A program made the translations under genes and the position numbers. DNA of 32,000 nt from Candidatus Pelagibacter ubique HTCC1062 (GTDB lineage: Bacteria; Pseudomonadota; Alphaproteobacteria; Pelagibacterales; Pelagibacteraceae), in contig NC_007205.1 in the NCBI RefSeq assembly GCF_000012345.1, positions 840,001-872,000 of the forward strand, in the 5' to 3' direction. The notes beneath the pieces were generated by a model. It did no database searches and was not told the DNA's origin. It saw nothing but the letters and a program-made list of their open reading frames with translations. This document shows positions 1 through 6,721 of this stretch, piece by piece (within the stretch, counting starts at the first letter, position 1; every line of letters starts with the position of its first letter).

Positions 1-525
1 AAAGTTAAAGGAGAGACCAGCTGGAAAGTTGGGTCTAACGAAAATGGTAACTTTATAAGAGCAGAGGCTGAAGGTGTTGGGTCAGGCTTGGGAAAAGAAA
101 TTAAAATTGATCTTAATAAAACTCCTTTTATTAATATTACATGGAAAGTTGAGAAAGATTTATCTGGAATTATAGAAAATAGTAAAAAAGGGCACGATTA
201 TGCCGCTAGAGTTTTTGTAATAAAGAAAACAGGTTCTACACCATTATCTAACAGGGCAATTAATTATATTTTTTCAAGTAATAATGATGTTGGAAAATAT
301 TGGCCAAGTCCATATACAAAAAAATCTATTGATTATGTTCTCTCAACTACAAAAAATAACAAAAATACATGGGTTACTGTTAAAGCAAATGTGCAAAAAG
401 ATTTTAAGAAACTTCATGAAATTGATGTTACAGAAATTTCAGGTATTGCTATAATGACTGACACTGATAATTCGAAATTAAAAGCTATATCTTATTATCA
501 AGATATTTATTTTTCAGCTGAATAA
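1..525 (+). CDS. DUF3047-like protein, 5'-truncated at window edge
   Basis: Frame 1 is open from base 1 (KVKGETSWKVGSNENGNFIRAEAEGVGSGL...) and runs into the listed 88..525 ORF, whose listed start is only a TTG. Stop TAA is at 523-525. The segment KKGHDYAARVFVI resembles the DUF3047 family from memory; this is not searchable here. Confidence 0.6.
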   Translation, partial: KVKGETSWKVGSNENGNFIRAEAEGVGSGLGKEIKIDLNKTPFINITWKVEKDLSGIIENSKKGHDYAARVFVIKKTGSTPLSNRAINYIFSSNNDVGKYWPSPYTKKSIDYVLSTTKNNKNTWVTVKANVQKDFKKLHEIDVTEISGIAIMTDTDNSKLKAISYYQDIYFSAE

Positions 526-527
526 GA

Positions 528-665
528 TTATTTAAATACTTTTTTAAGACCAATACTTAAAAAAGATAAAAGTACCGCAACAATTACATCTTCAATGGGT
601 GCAGCATTAGGGACCAAATAATTCCAAGCAATTACACCTAAAAGCCAAGTTATATAAACTTTCAT
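528..665 (-). CDS. small hydrophobic (2-TM-like) protein, about 45 aa; alternative upstream start at 743
   Basis: The track ORF 528..743 is 71 aa. The internal ATG at 663-665 gives MKVYITWLLGVIAWNYLVPNAAPIEDVIVAVLLSFLSIGLKKVFK with two hydrophobic stretches. It also avoids the 21-nt head-on overlap with the ybgC-like start at 723. I recognise no family. Confidence 0.4.
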   Translation of the reverse strand: MKVYITWLLGVIAWNYLVPNAAPIEDVIVAVLLSFLSIGLKKVFK

Positions 666-722
666 TGTTATATTATATCTTAGTTTGATGTTAAAAATAT
701 TTATTTTTGATAGTATAAATTC

Positions 723-1148
723 ATGCACAAAAATTTTTTTCACAATATAAAGGTTTATTATGAAGACACTGATGCTGGTGGTGTTGTTTATTATGCGAAC
801 TATTTGAAGTTTCTTGAAAGAGCAAGAACAGAAGCATTGTTTACAATCGGTTTTAATAATAAAAAAATTAAAGAAGATTATGGAGCCTTAATTGTTGTTA
901 AATCTTGTAACATTGAGTACAAAAAACCCTCTTATCTTGAAGACGAGTTAAAAATTAGATCCTTTGTTAAATCTATTACAAAGACTTCTTTTTTTATGTC
1001 ACAATTTATTTCTAGAGATGAAGAATTAATTGTTGAGGCAAAAGTACATTTAGTTTTTGTAGATAAAAATGGAAAACCTATAAAAGTTCCAGAGGACATT
1101 TTCAAAGATTTTAAACCTTATTTTTGCGATAACATTAAAATTAAATAA
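723..1148 (+). CDS. ybgC: YbgC/4-hydroxybenzoyl-CoA thioesterase family acyl-CoA thioesterase (hotdog fold)
   Basis: The 141-aa product has the N-terminal signature VYYEDTDAGGVVYYANYLKFLERARTEAL, typical of YbgC/4HBT thioesterases (catalytic Asp in YEDTD). Size is typical for the family. Confidence 0.85.
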   Translation: MHKNFFHNIKVYYEDTDAGGVVYYANYLKFLERARTEALFTIGFNNKKIKEDYGALIVVKSCNIEYKKPSYLEDELKIRSFVKSITKTSFFMSQFISRDEELIVEAKVHLVFVDKNGKPIKVPEDIFKDFKPYFCDNIKIK

Positions 1149-1815
1149 TTTTCTTAGCCTTCTTTAACAAGCTTACCATTTTTTGTGTATTAATTATTTT
1201 TCTATTAACATTTCTTGGACTAGGGTGATAACTAGGAATTAGAATTTTATTATCTGGTAATAAATATTTTACACCATGTATGAAGATTAATTTTTTATCA
1301 AAATGATAATTTTTTTTATAAAATTCTATACAATTATCAAATGAAACTTTACCTAACGCTATAATAACTTTTAAATTTTTTAATAAGATCAATTCATTTT
1401 TAAAAAATGTTGAACAGTTGATTAATTCATTTTTTAAAGGTTTATCTTCTGGAGGGACACATTTAAGAATATTTGTAATATAGGTTTTATTTAATTTTAA
1501 ACCATCATCAATATGCGTAGAAGTTGATCTATTCGATATGTTAGCTTTAAATAAACAGTTAAATAGAAAATCTCCAGATTTATCTCCAGTGAAGGCTCTG
1601 CCTGTCCTAGTACCTCCATGAGCTGCAGGTGCTAGACCTACTATTAATAGTTTAGCGTTAATATCACCAAATCCTGTAACTGGTTTAGCCCAATAAGTTT
1701 CTTTCATATTTTGTTTTCTTTTTTTTACAGAAATTTTTTTACTAAATTCAATTAACCTAGGACAACTTTTACATTTAACTATTGAATTATTTAATTTTTT
1801 GAATTTTATACTCAT
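1141..1815 (-). CDS. uracil-DNA glycosylase superfamily protein, Fe-S type (family 4/5, UdgB-like)
   Basis: The 224-aa product has N-terminal cysteines (CKSCPRL), motif A as VGLAPAAHGGTRTGRAFTGD (GLAPA, as I recall for family 5), and motif B as HPSPRNVN. It overlaps the convergent ybgC-like gene by 8 nt. Confidence 0.8.
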   Translation of the reverse strand: MSIKFKKLNNSIVKCKSCPRLIEFSKKISVKKRKQNMKETYWAKPVTGFGDINAKLLIVGLAPAAHGGTRTGRAFTGDKSGDFLFNCLFKANISNRSTSTHIDDGLKLNKTYITNILKCVPPEDKPLKNELINCSTFFKNELILLKNLKVIIALGKVSFDNCIEFYKKNYHFDKKLIFIHGVKYLLPDNKILIPSYHPSPRNVNRKIINTQKMVSLLKKAKKII

Positions 1816-1817
1816 AT

Positions 1818-2369
1818 ATGCAATTTATAAAATTTTTTTTATTAATACTTTTATCTTTCAATATTTCAGTAAAAGCAAATTCAAATGATGAAATACAAAG
1901 TTTGTTAAAAGAAGGTAAAAAATTAATATTTATAAGACATGCAATTGCACCAGGTGGAGGTGATCCGTTAGATTTTGATATATTAAATTGTGAAACCCAA
2001 CGAAATTTAAGCATAGAGGGTATTGAACAATCTAAAAACATTGGGAAGTTTTTTTCAGAAAATAATATTAAAATTGATAAAGTATTATCAAGTGAGTGGT
2101 GTAGATGTAAACAAACAGCTCAGCATGCTTTTGATAAATATCAAACAAAAAGTTTCTTAAATTCATTTTTCAGTGCAAAATTTGCAAGTAATAAAAATAA
2201 ACAAATTTATGATTTAAAAAAATATATTAATGAATGGAACGGTGATAATAATTTAGTGTTAGTAACACATTATGTAACAATTCAAGAAGTACTAAATATT
2301 TCACCTTCTTCTGGAGAGATAATCATTTCAGATAAAAATTTTAATGTTCTTGCTCGACAAAATTTTTAA
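1818..2369 (+). CDS. histidine phosphatase (phosphoglycerate-mutase-like) family protein with signal peptide
   Basis: The 183-aa product has a hydrophobic leader (MQFIKFFLLILLSFNISVKANS), the RHA/G motif (LIFIRHAIAPGGGDP) and a second His motif (LVLVTHYVT). Confidence 0.75.
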   Translation: MQFIKFFLLILLSFNISVKANSNDEIQSLLKEGKKLIFIRHAIAPGGGDPLDFDILNCETQRNLSIEGIEQSKNIGKFFSENNIKIDKVLSSEWCRCKQTAQHAFDKYQTKSFLNSFFSAKFASNKNKQIYDLKKYINEWNGDNNLVLVTHYVTIQEVLNISPSSGEIIISDKNFNVLARQNF

Positions 2370-2387
2370 AAAATATAAACTAATAAA

Positions 2388-2525
2388 ATGTCATCTAAAA
2401 AAGCTATGAAGTTAGCTCAAAAACAAGCTTATGCTAAACATAGAAGCAATATAACTAATAGTAGATTTGGTTCAAAAAAAATAAATTTTACAAGTAAAGT
2501 TAACAAGAAACATAAAAAATCTTAA
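2388..2525 (+). CDS. hypothetical 45-aa lysine-rich basic protein (not in ORF track)
   Basis: ATG at 2388 and TAA at 2523-2525. Hand translation: MSSKKAMKLAQKQAYAKHRSNITNSRFGSKKINFTSKVNKKHKKS. It lies 18 nt after the histidine phosphatase stop on the same strand and fills an otherwise empty 230-nt gap in a very compact genome. I recognise no family. Confidence 0.35.
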   Translation: MSSKKAMKLAQKQAYAKHRSNITNSRFGSKKINFTSKVNKKHKKS

Positions 2526-2566
2526 TTTTTTTACAAAAACTTGCACTTATCAACATTTAAATTTTG

Positions 2567-2590
2567 GAGGCACCTGTGTCTCTATTTATT
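2567..2590 (+). terminator. possible rho-independent terminator between convergent genes
   Basis: GAGGCACCTGTGTCTC (2567-2582) can form a 6-7 bp stem (G-C, A-T, G-C, G.T, C-G, A-T) around a short loop, followed by TATTTATT. It is the only GC-rich patch in the convergent spacer 2526-2602. Confidence 0.3.
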
Positions 2591-2602
2591 ACTGCTTTAA
2601 TT

Positions 2603-2779
2603 TTAATTAATATTTTTTTCATTTTTGTCTGCATAAAAAAGTGCAATTAATAAAATCGCTGTCCAAATTATCCCTATAAAAGCTTTGGGTCCAGTTTCTG
2701 CACTCCATATATTTAAAACCAATGCTCCAAAGATTAATCCCGCAACATAAATTAATATAGCTAAAGTAGATTTACTCAT
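2603..2779 (-). CDS. hypothetical 58-aa membrane protein, translationally coupled to the DUF1289 gene (not in ORF track)
   Basis: Minus-strand ATG at 2777-2779 overlaps the DUF1289 stop (AATAATGAGTAA, 8-nt overlap). Hand translation: MSKSTLAILIYVAGLIFGALVLNIWSAETGPKAFIGIIWTAILLIALFYADKNEKNIN, with two clear hydrophobic helices. Stop is at 2603-2605. Confidence 0.5.
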   Translation of the reverse strand: MSKSTLAILIYVAGLIFGALVLNIWSAETGPKAFIGIIWTAILLIALFYADKNEKNIN

Positions 2780-3023
2780 TATTCAAATTCTTTTTATAAA
2801 GTGAAATTCCATTTTCAATCTTATGATCATAAGATTCTTTAAAACTCTCTAATTGCCAGCCACTCAGACGTGTCTGAATAATCGTTAAGTTTGATTTTTT
2901 CCATTCTTCTGTAGTTTCTTGCATTTTCCACATTTTTTTTTCCTCATTATTTCTTGCACAACCATAACAATATCCTGTTTGAGGATCTGTTTTACATATG
3001 CTTATACATGGAGAAATAATCAT
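2772..3023 (-). CDS. DUF1289 (YdhL-like, putative Fe-S/Cys-rich) protein
   Basis: The 83-aa product has the N-terminal motif SPCISICKTDPQTGYCYGCARNNEEKKMW, matching the DUF1289 pattern SPC..C.......C.GC.R...E...W. Confidence 0.75.
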   Translation of the reverse strand: MIISPCISICKTDPQTGYCYGCARNNEEKKMWKMQETTEEWKKSNLTIIQTRLSGWQLESFKESYDHKIENGISLYKKNLNNE

Positions 3024-3081
3024 TTTTTTTAAATTATTAGTAAATATAATTGATTATTAATATATTTCATTATTATTGTCA

Positions 3082-3110
3082 TTGGACAAATAGAAACTAT
3101 CCTATATAAA
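3082..3110 (+). promoter_or_regulatory. sigma70-like promoter candidate for tRNA-Leu (and possibly tig)
   Basis: TTGGAC (3082-3087), a 17-nt spacer, then TATAAA (3105-3110). The -10 ends 14 nt before the mature tRNA 5' end at 3125. Confidence 0.3.
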
Positions 3111-3124
3111 GCCACAAGAATTGT

Positions 3125-3209
3125 GGGCGAATGGCGGAATTGGTAGACGCGCTGGTCTTAGGAACCAGTATTGAAAGATGTGAAGGTTCGAGTCCTTTTT
3201 CGCCTACCA
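3125..3209 (+). tRNA. tRNA-Leu (anticodon TAG)
   Basis: 85-nt cloverleaf folded by hand. Acceptor GGGCGAA/TTCGCCT; D-arm GCGG-AATTGGTAGA-CGC; anticodon stem CTGGT/ACCAG with loop CT-TAG-GA. It has a long variable arm, T-loop TTCGAGT and an encoded CCA. Confidence 0.9.
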
Positions 3210-3225
3210 ACAAGTTTAAAAAATT

Positions 3226-4659
3226 ATGAAAGTTACAGTAGAAAATAAAAAAGGTTTAAACAAAGACATTAAAGTTTTCATAGATAAAGAAACTATGAAT
3301 TCTTATATGGATGAAAAATATGAAGAAATTAAAAAGACTGTTAACTTAAAAGGTTTTAGACCTGGGAAGGTGCCTAAAGAAGTTTTAAAAAGACAATTTG
3401 GCCAAGCAATTTTTAGTGAAGTTCTAGATAAAGTTCTAAAAGACACATCAGTTAAAGCTTTAGAAGATAATAAAATTAAGCCAGCCGGACAACCAAAGCT
3501 TGATCTTAAAACCTATGGTGAAGATAAGGATTTAGAATATGTAATGTCGATAACAGAACTTCCAAAAGTAGAGTTAAAGTCTGTTGAAAATATTAAATTT
3601 GATGAATATTCAGTTAAAATTGACACAAATGAAACAGATAAAAGAATTAAAGAAATTGCCAAAAGTCAGAACAATTTTAAAGAAGTTGCAGCAGATGTTA
3701 GAGCAGTAGAGGAAAATTTAGTTATTTTTGACTACAAAGCAACGATTGATGGAAAAGATTTTACTGGTGGTGAAGGAAAAAATACTCAATTAATTCTAGG
3801 TAAGGACTTATTTATTAAAGGCTTTGATAAGCAGCTTATCGGCGTTAAAAAAAATGATGAAAAATCTGTTGACGTTACTCTGCCTGAAAATTATCCACAA
3901 AAAGAATACGCAAATAAGAAAGCTAATTTTATTTGTAAAATTACAGAAGTAAAAAAATCAGAGGAAGTAAAAATAGATGATGTTTTTGCTAAAAACTTAG
4001 GTGCAAAAGATCTTGCTGATTTAAAAGTATTAGTTAGTAAACAAATTAATGATGAATATAAAAATTCTCTAGATAAATTGGCAAAAACTCAAATCTTAAA
4101 AGAAATTGAAAATTTTAAAGTAGATGAAATTCCAGAAAACTTAATTGAAGAAGAAGTTAAGATTTTATCTCAAGGTATGACTGAAGAAGATTCTAAAAAA
4201 AGTAGAAAAAATTTTGAGGAAATCGCTAAAAAAAGAATTAAAGTTGGGTTGATCTTAAATGAATTCGGTGAACAAAATAAAATCAAAGTAACCGAACAAG
4301 AAGTTCAAGCTGAAGTTCAAAAACAACTTAGAATGATGCCTGGCCAAGAAAAGATGGTTATGGAATTTTATCAAAAAAATCCATCAGCATTAGCTAGCTT
4401 AAGAGGAACCGTGTATGAAGAAAAAATTATCGATTTAATTAAAACTAAAGCAAAACCATCTAAAAAAGAAATTAGCAAAGAAGAAGCAGAAAAAATTTTA
4501 AAGGAACATCAAAAACAAGATCATAATCATGAACATGACCACAATCATGACCACGATCATCCTGAGGAAAAAAAAGCTTCAAAATCTACTAAAATTGAAA
4601 AAAAACCAAAACCCTCAGCATCTAAAAAACCTTCAACAAAAAAAGTTAGTAAAAAGTAA
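3226..4659 (+). CDS. tig: trigger factor (ribosome-associated chaperone/PPIase) with an unusual His/Asp-rich and Lys-rich C-terminal tail
   Basis: The 477-aa product has the ribosome-binding signature GFRPGKVP near the N-terminus and an FKBP-like middle domain (DYKATIDGKDFTGGEG). Synteny is conserved with clpP-clpX-lon. Confidence 0.95.
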   Translation: MKVTVENKKGLNKDIKVFIDKETMNSYMDEKYEEIKKTVNLKGFRPGKVPKEVLKRQFGQAIFSEVLDKVLKDTSVKALEDNKIKPAGQPKLDLKTYGEDKDLEYVMSITELPKVELKSVENIKFDEYSVKIDTNETDKRIKEIAKSQNNFKEVAADVRAVEENLVIFDYKATIDGKDFTGGEGKNTQLILGKDLFIKGFDKQLIGVKKNDEKSVDVTLPENYPQKEYANKKANFICKITEVKKSEEVKIDDVFAKNLGAKDLADLKVLVSKQINDEYKNSLDKLAKTQILKEIENFKVDEIPENLIEEEVKILSQGMTEEDSKKSRKNFEEIAKKRIKVGLILNEFGEQNKIKVTEQEVQAEVQKQLRMMPGQEKMVMEFYQKNPSALASLRGTVYEEKIIDLIKTKAKPSKKEISKEEAEKILKEHQKQDHNHEHDHNHDHDHPEEKKASKSTKIEKKPKPSASKKPSTKKVSKK

Positions 4660-4690
4660 TCACAAGTTGTATAAGTAAGAGAATCAACTT

Positions 4691-5302
4691 ATGACAACAA
4701 ATTTATTAGATCAAATGAATACTCTTGTACCTATGGTTGTTGAACAATCAAATAAAGGTGAGAGAGCTTATGATATTTATTCAAGACTTCTCAAAGAGAG
4801 AATTATTTTTTTGGTAGGACCAATAAATGATAACGTAGCATCTTTAGTTACAGCTCAACTTTTGTTTTTAGAGTCTGAGGATCCAAAAAAAGAAATCAAT
4901 TTATATATCAATAGTCCTGGAGGACTAGTGACAGCAGGTCTTGGAATTTATGATACTATGCAATACATTAAACCAGATGTTTCAACATTATGTATTGGTC
5001 AAGCTGCATCAATGGGTTCATTTTTATTAGCTGCAGGTAAAAAAGGTAAAAGATTTTCTTTGCCAAATTCTAGAATTATGGTTCACCAACCTTCTGCTGG
5101 TTTTCAAGGACAAGCTACAGATATTGAAATTCATGCTAACGAAGTTTTAGCCTTGAAAAAAAGACTTAATGAGATTTATTCAAAACATACTGGAAAATCT
5201 GTTGATGATGTGAAGAAAGCACTAGAACGTGATAACTTTATGACTCCAGATACAGCAAAAGAGTTTGGTTTGATAGATGAAGTAGTTGAAAATAGATCTT
5301 AA
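4691..5302 (+). CDS. clpP: ATP-dependent Clp protease proteolytic subunit
   Basis: The 203-aa product has [18 protein letters not shown], the catalytic Ser context [11 protein letters not shown], and the His context MVHQPS. Confidence 0.97.
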   Translation: MTTNLLDQMNTLVPMVVEQSNKGERAYDIYSRLLKERIIFLVGPINDNVASLVTAQLLFLESEDPKKEINLYINSPGGLVTAGLGIYDTMQYIKPDVSTLCIGQAASMGSFLLAAGKKGKRFSLPNSRIMVHQPSAGFQGQATDIEIHANEVLALKKRLNEIYSKHTGKSVDDVKKALERDNFMTPDTAKEFGLIDEVVENRS

Positions 5303-5393
5303 TACACAACATCTTGACACCCCTTTAAACTGATACTTGATTAGTATGAGTCTTCTATATTAAAGTAACTTTACTGATTCGTTTATAAATTAT

Positions 5394-6662
5394 ATGACAA
5401 CAAATAATAAAAATATTCTTTACTGTTCTTTTTGTGGAAAGAGCCAACATGAAGTTAGAAAACTTATTGCAGGTCCAACTGTATTTATATGTGATGAATG
5501 CGTTGAACTATGCATGGATATCATCAAAGAAGAAAGTAAAGACACGTTTGTTAAACATCATGATGGGTTACCACCGCCTAAAGAAATTTGTGCTGTATTA
5601 GATGATTATGTTATTGGGCAGCCTCACGCAAAAAAAGTTTTATCAGTTGCTGTTCATAATCATTATAAGAGACTTAATTACGAGACTAAAACTAGCAAAA
5701 CAGTTGAACTTTCAAAATCAAATATTCTTTTAGTTGGTCCAACTGGTTGTGGAAAAACTTTATTAGCTCAAACTCTAGCAAGAATCCTTGATGTTCCTTT
5801 CACAATGGCAGATGCAACCACTTTAACAGAAGCAGGTTATGTTGGTGAAGATGTTGAAAATATAATTTTAAAATTATTACAAGCTGCTGATTACAACGTT
5901 GAAAAAGCACAACGTGGAATTGTATACATCGATGAAGTTGATAAGATTAGCAGAAAGTCAGAAAACCCTTCTATAACTAGAGACGTGTCTGGAGAAGGTG
6001 TACAACAAGCTCTATTAAAAATTATGGAAGGGACAGTGGCAAGCGTTCCACCTCAAGGTGGCAGAAAGCATCCACAACAAGAATTTTTACAAGTAGACAC
6101 TACAAATATTTTGTTTATTTGTGGTGGAGCATTCGCTGGCTTAGATAAAATAATATCTCAAAGAGATAAGGGTACATCAATAGGATTTGGTGCAAATGTA
6201 AAAAAAACAGATGATAAAAAAACAGGTGAGTGGATGAAAACTTTAGAACCTGAAGATTTGTTAAAGTATGGCTTAATCCCAGAATTTATTGGAAGACTTC
6301 CAATGATAGCTACATTAGAAGATCTTGATGAAAAATCTCTAGTTAAAATACTACAAGAACCAAAAAACTCACTAATTAAACAATACCAAGAATTATTTAA
6401 ATTAGATGGAGCTAAGTTAAGTTTTAAAGAAAATGCGATCAAAGAGATTGCACAAAAAGCAATTAATAAGAAAACTGGGGCTAGAGGCCTTAGATCAATC
6501 TTAGAAAATATTTTATTAAAAACAATGTACGATCTTCCAAGTCAAGACAATGTGGAGGAAGTTATTGTAGACGCTAGTGCGGCCAAAGGACTATCTCAAC
6601 CAATCATAGTTCATTCAAAAAATAGTAGCAAAACAAAGACTGACAAAACTTCTGCTGCCTAA
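5394..6662 (+). CDS. clpX: ATP-dependent Clp protease ATP-binding subunit ClpX
   Basis: The 422-aa product has an N-terminal zinc-binding domain (CSFCGK...ICDECV), Walker A (GPTGCGKT), Walker B (IVYIDEVDK) and a sensor region (GARGLRSI). Confidence 0.97.
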   Translation: MTTNNKNILYCSFCGKSQHEVRKLIAGPTVFICDECVELCMDIIKEESKDTFVKHHDGLPPPKEICAVLDDYVIGQPHAKKVLSVAVHNHYKRLNYETKTSKTVELSKSNILLVGPTGCGKTLLAQTLARILDVPFTMADATTLTEAGYVGEDVENIILKLLQAADYNVEKAQRGIVYIDEVDKISRKSENPSITRDVSGEGVQQALLKIMEGTVASVPPQGGRKHPQQEFLQVDTTNILFICGGAFAGLDKIISQRDKGTSIGFGANVKKTDDKKTGEWMKTLEPEDLLKYGLIPEFIGRLPMIATLEDLDEKSLVKILQEPKNSLIKQYQELFKLDGAKLSFKENAIKEIAQKAINKKTGARGLRSILENILLKTMYDLPSQDNVEEVIVDASAAKGLSQPIIVHSKNSSKTKTDKTSAA

Positions 6663-6689
6663 TTTCACGTTAATAAGTAATAAATAGCT

Positions 6690-6719
6690 ATTGCAATATC
6701 ATATTTAATATCCATATTT
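6690..6719 (+). promoter_or_regulatory. heat-shock (sigma32-like) or sigma70-like promoter candidate for lon
   Basis: aTTGcAA (6690-6696), a 13-nt spacer, then atCCATAT (6710-6717). Compare the E. coli sigma32 consensus CTTGAAA-N13-14-CCCCATNT. It can also be read as TTGCAA-N16-CATATT for sigma70. Confidence 0.3.
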
Positions 6720-6721
6720 AG

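Noticed and set aside
666-743. N-terminal 26 codons of the 71-aa track ORF (start at 743)
   Set aside because: This start would overlap the divergent ybgC-like start by 21 nt and add a non-hydrophobic, low-complexity leader. The internal ATG at 665 gives a cleaner small membrane protein. The longer form is not excluded.
1787-2041. 84-aa minus-strand ORF overlapping the UDG 5' end and the histidine phosphatase gene
   Set aside because: It lies antisense to a gene with clear family motifs. It has no recognisable motifs and a low-complexity composition typical of shadow frames in AT-rich DNA.
4519-4560. CAT/GAY codon repeat in the tig tail considered as a non-coding tandem repeat or microsatellite
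   Set aside because: It is in frame within an uninterrupted ORF and encodes a coherent H-D/N/E pattern, so I treat it as protein-level low complexity (see the trigger factor tail finding).
4664-4690. Inverted repeat AAGTTG...CAACTT in the tig-clpP spacer as a possible terminator or attenuator
   Set aside because: It has only a 6-bp AT-rich stem, a 15-nt loop and no U-tract, and its 3' arm abuts the clpP ATG. It is too weak to support.
6158-6442. 94-aa minus-strand ORF inside clpX
   Set aside because: It is a shadow ORF antisense to an unambiguous, highly conserved gene. The same reasoning applies to 10922..11125 (nuoD), 12130..12345 (nuoE), 19816..20058 (nuoL), 24276..24590 (coaX), 25031..25267 (rnj), 28556..28864 (lolC/E), and 31279..31494 and 31777..31992 (dnaE).
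6651-6659. ClpX ends in ...KTSAA, reminiscent of the C-terminal -AA of ssrA degrons that ClpX itself recognises
   Set aside because: Two terminal alanines are too little to call a degron, and the preceding residues do not resemble known ssrA tags. It is a curiosity only.
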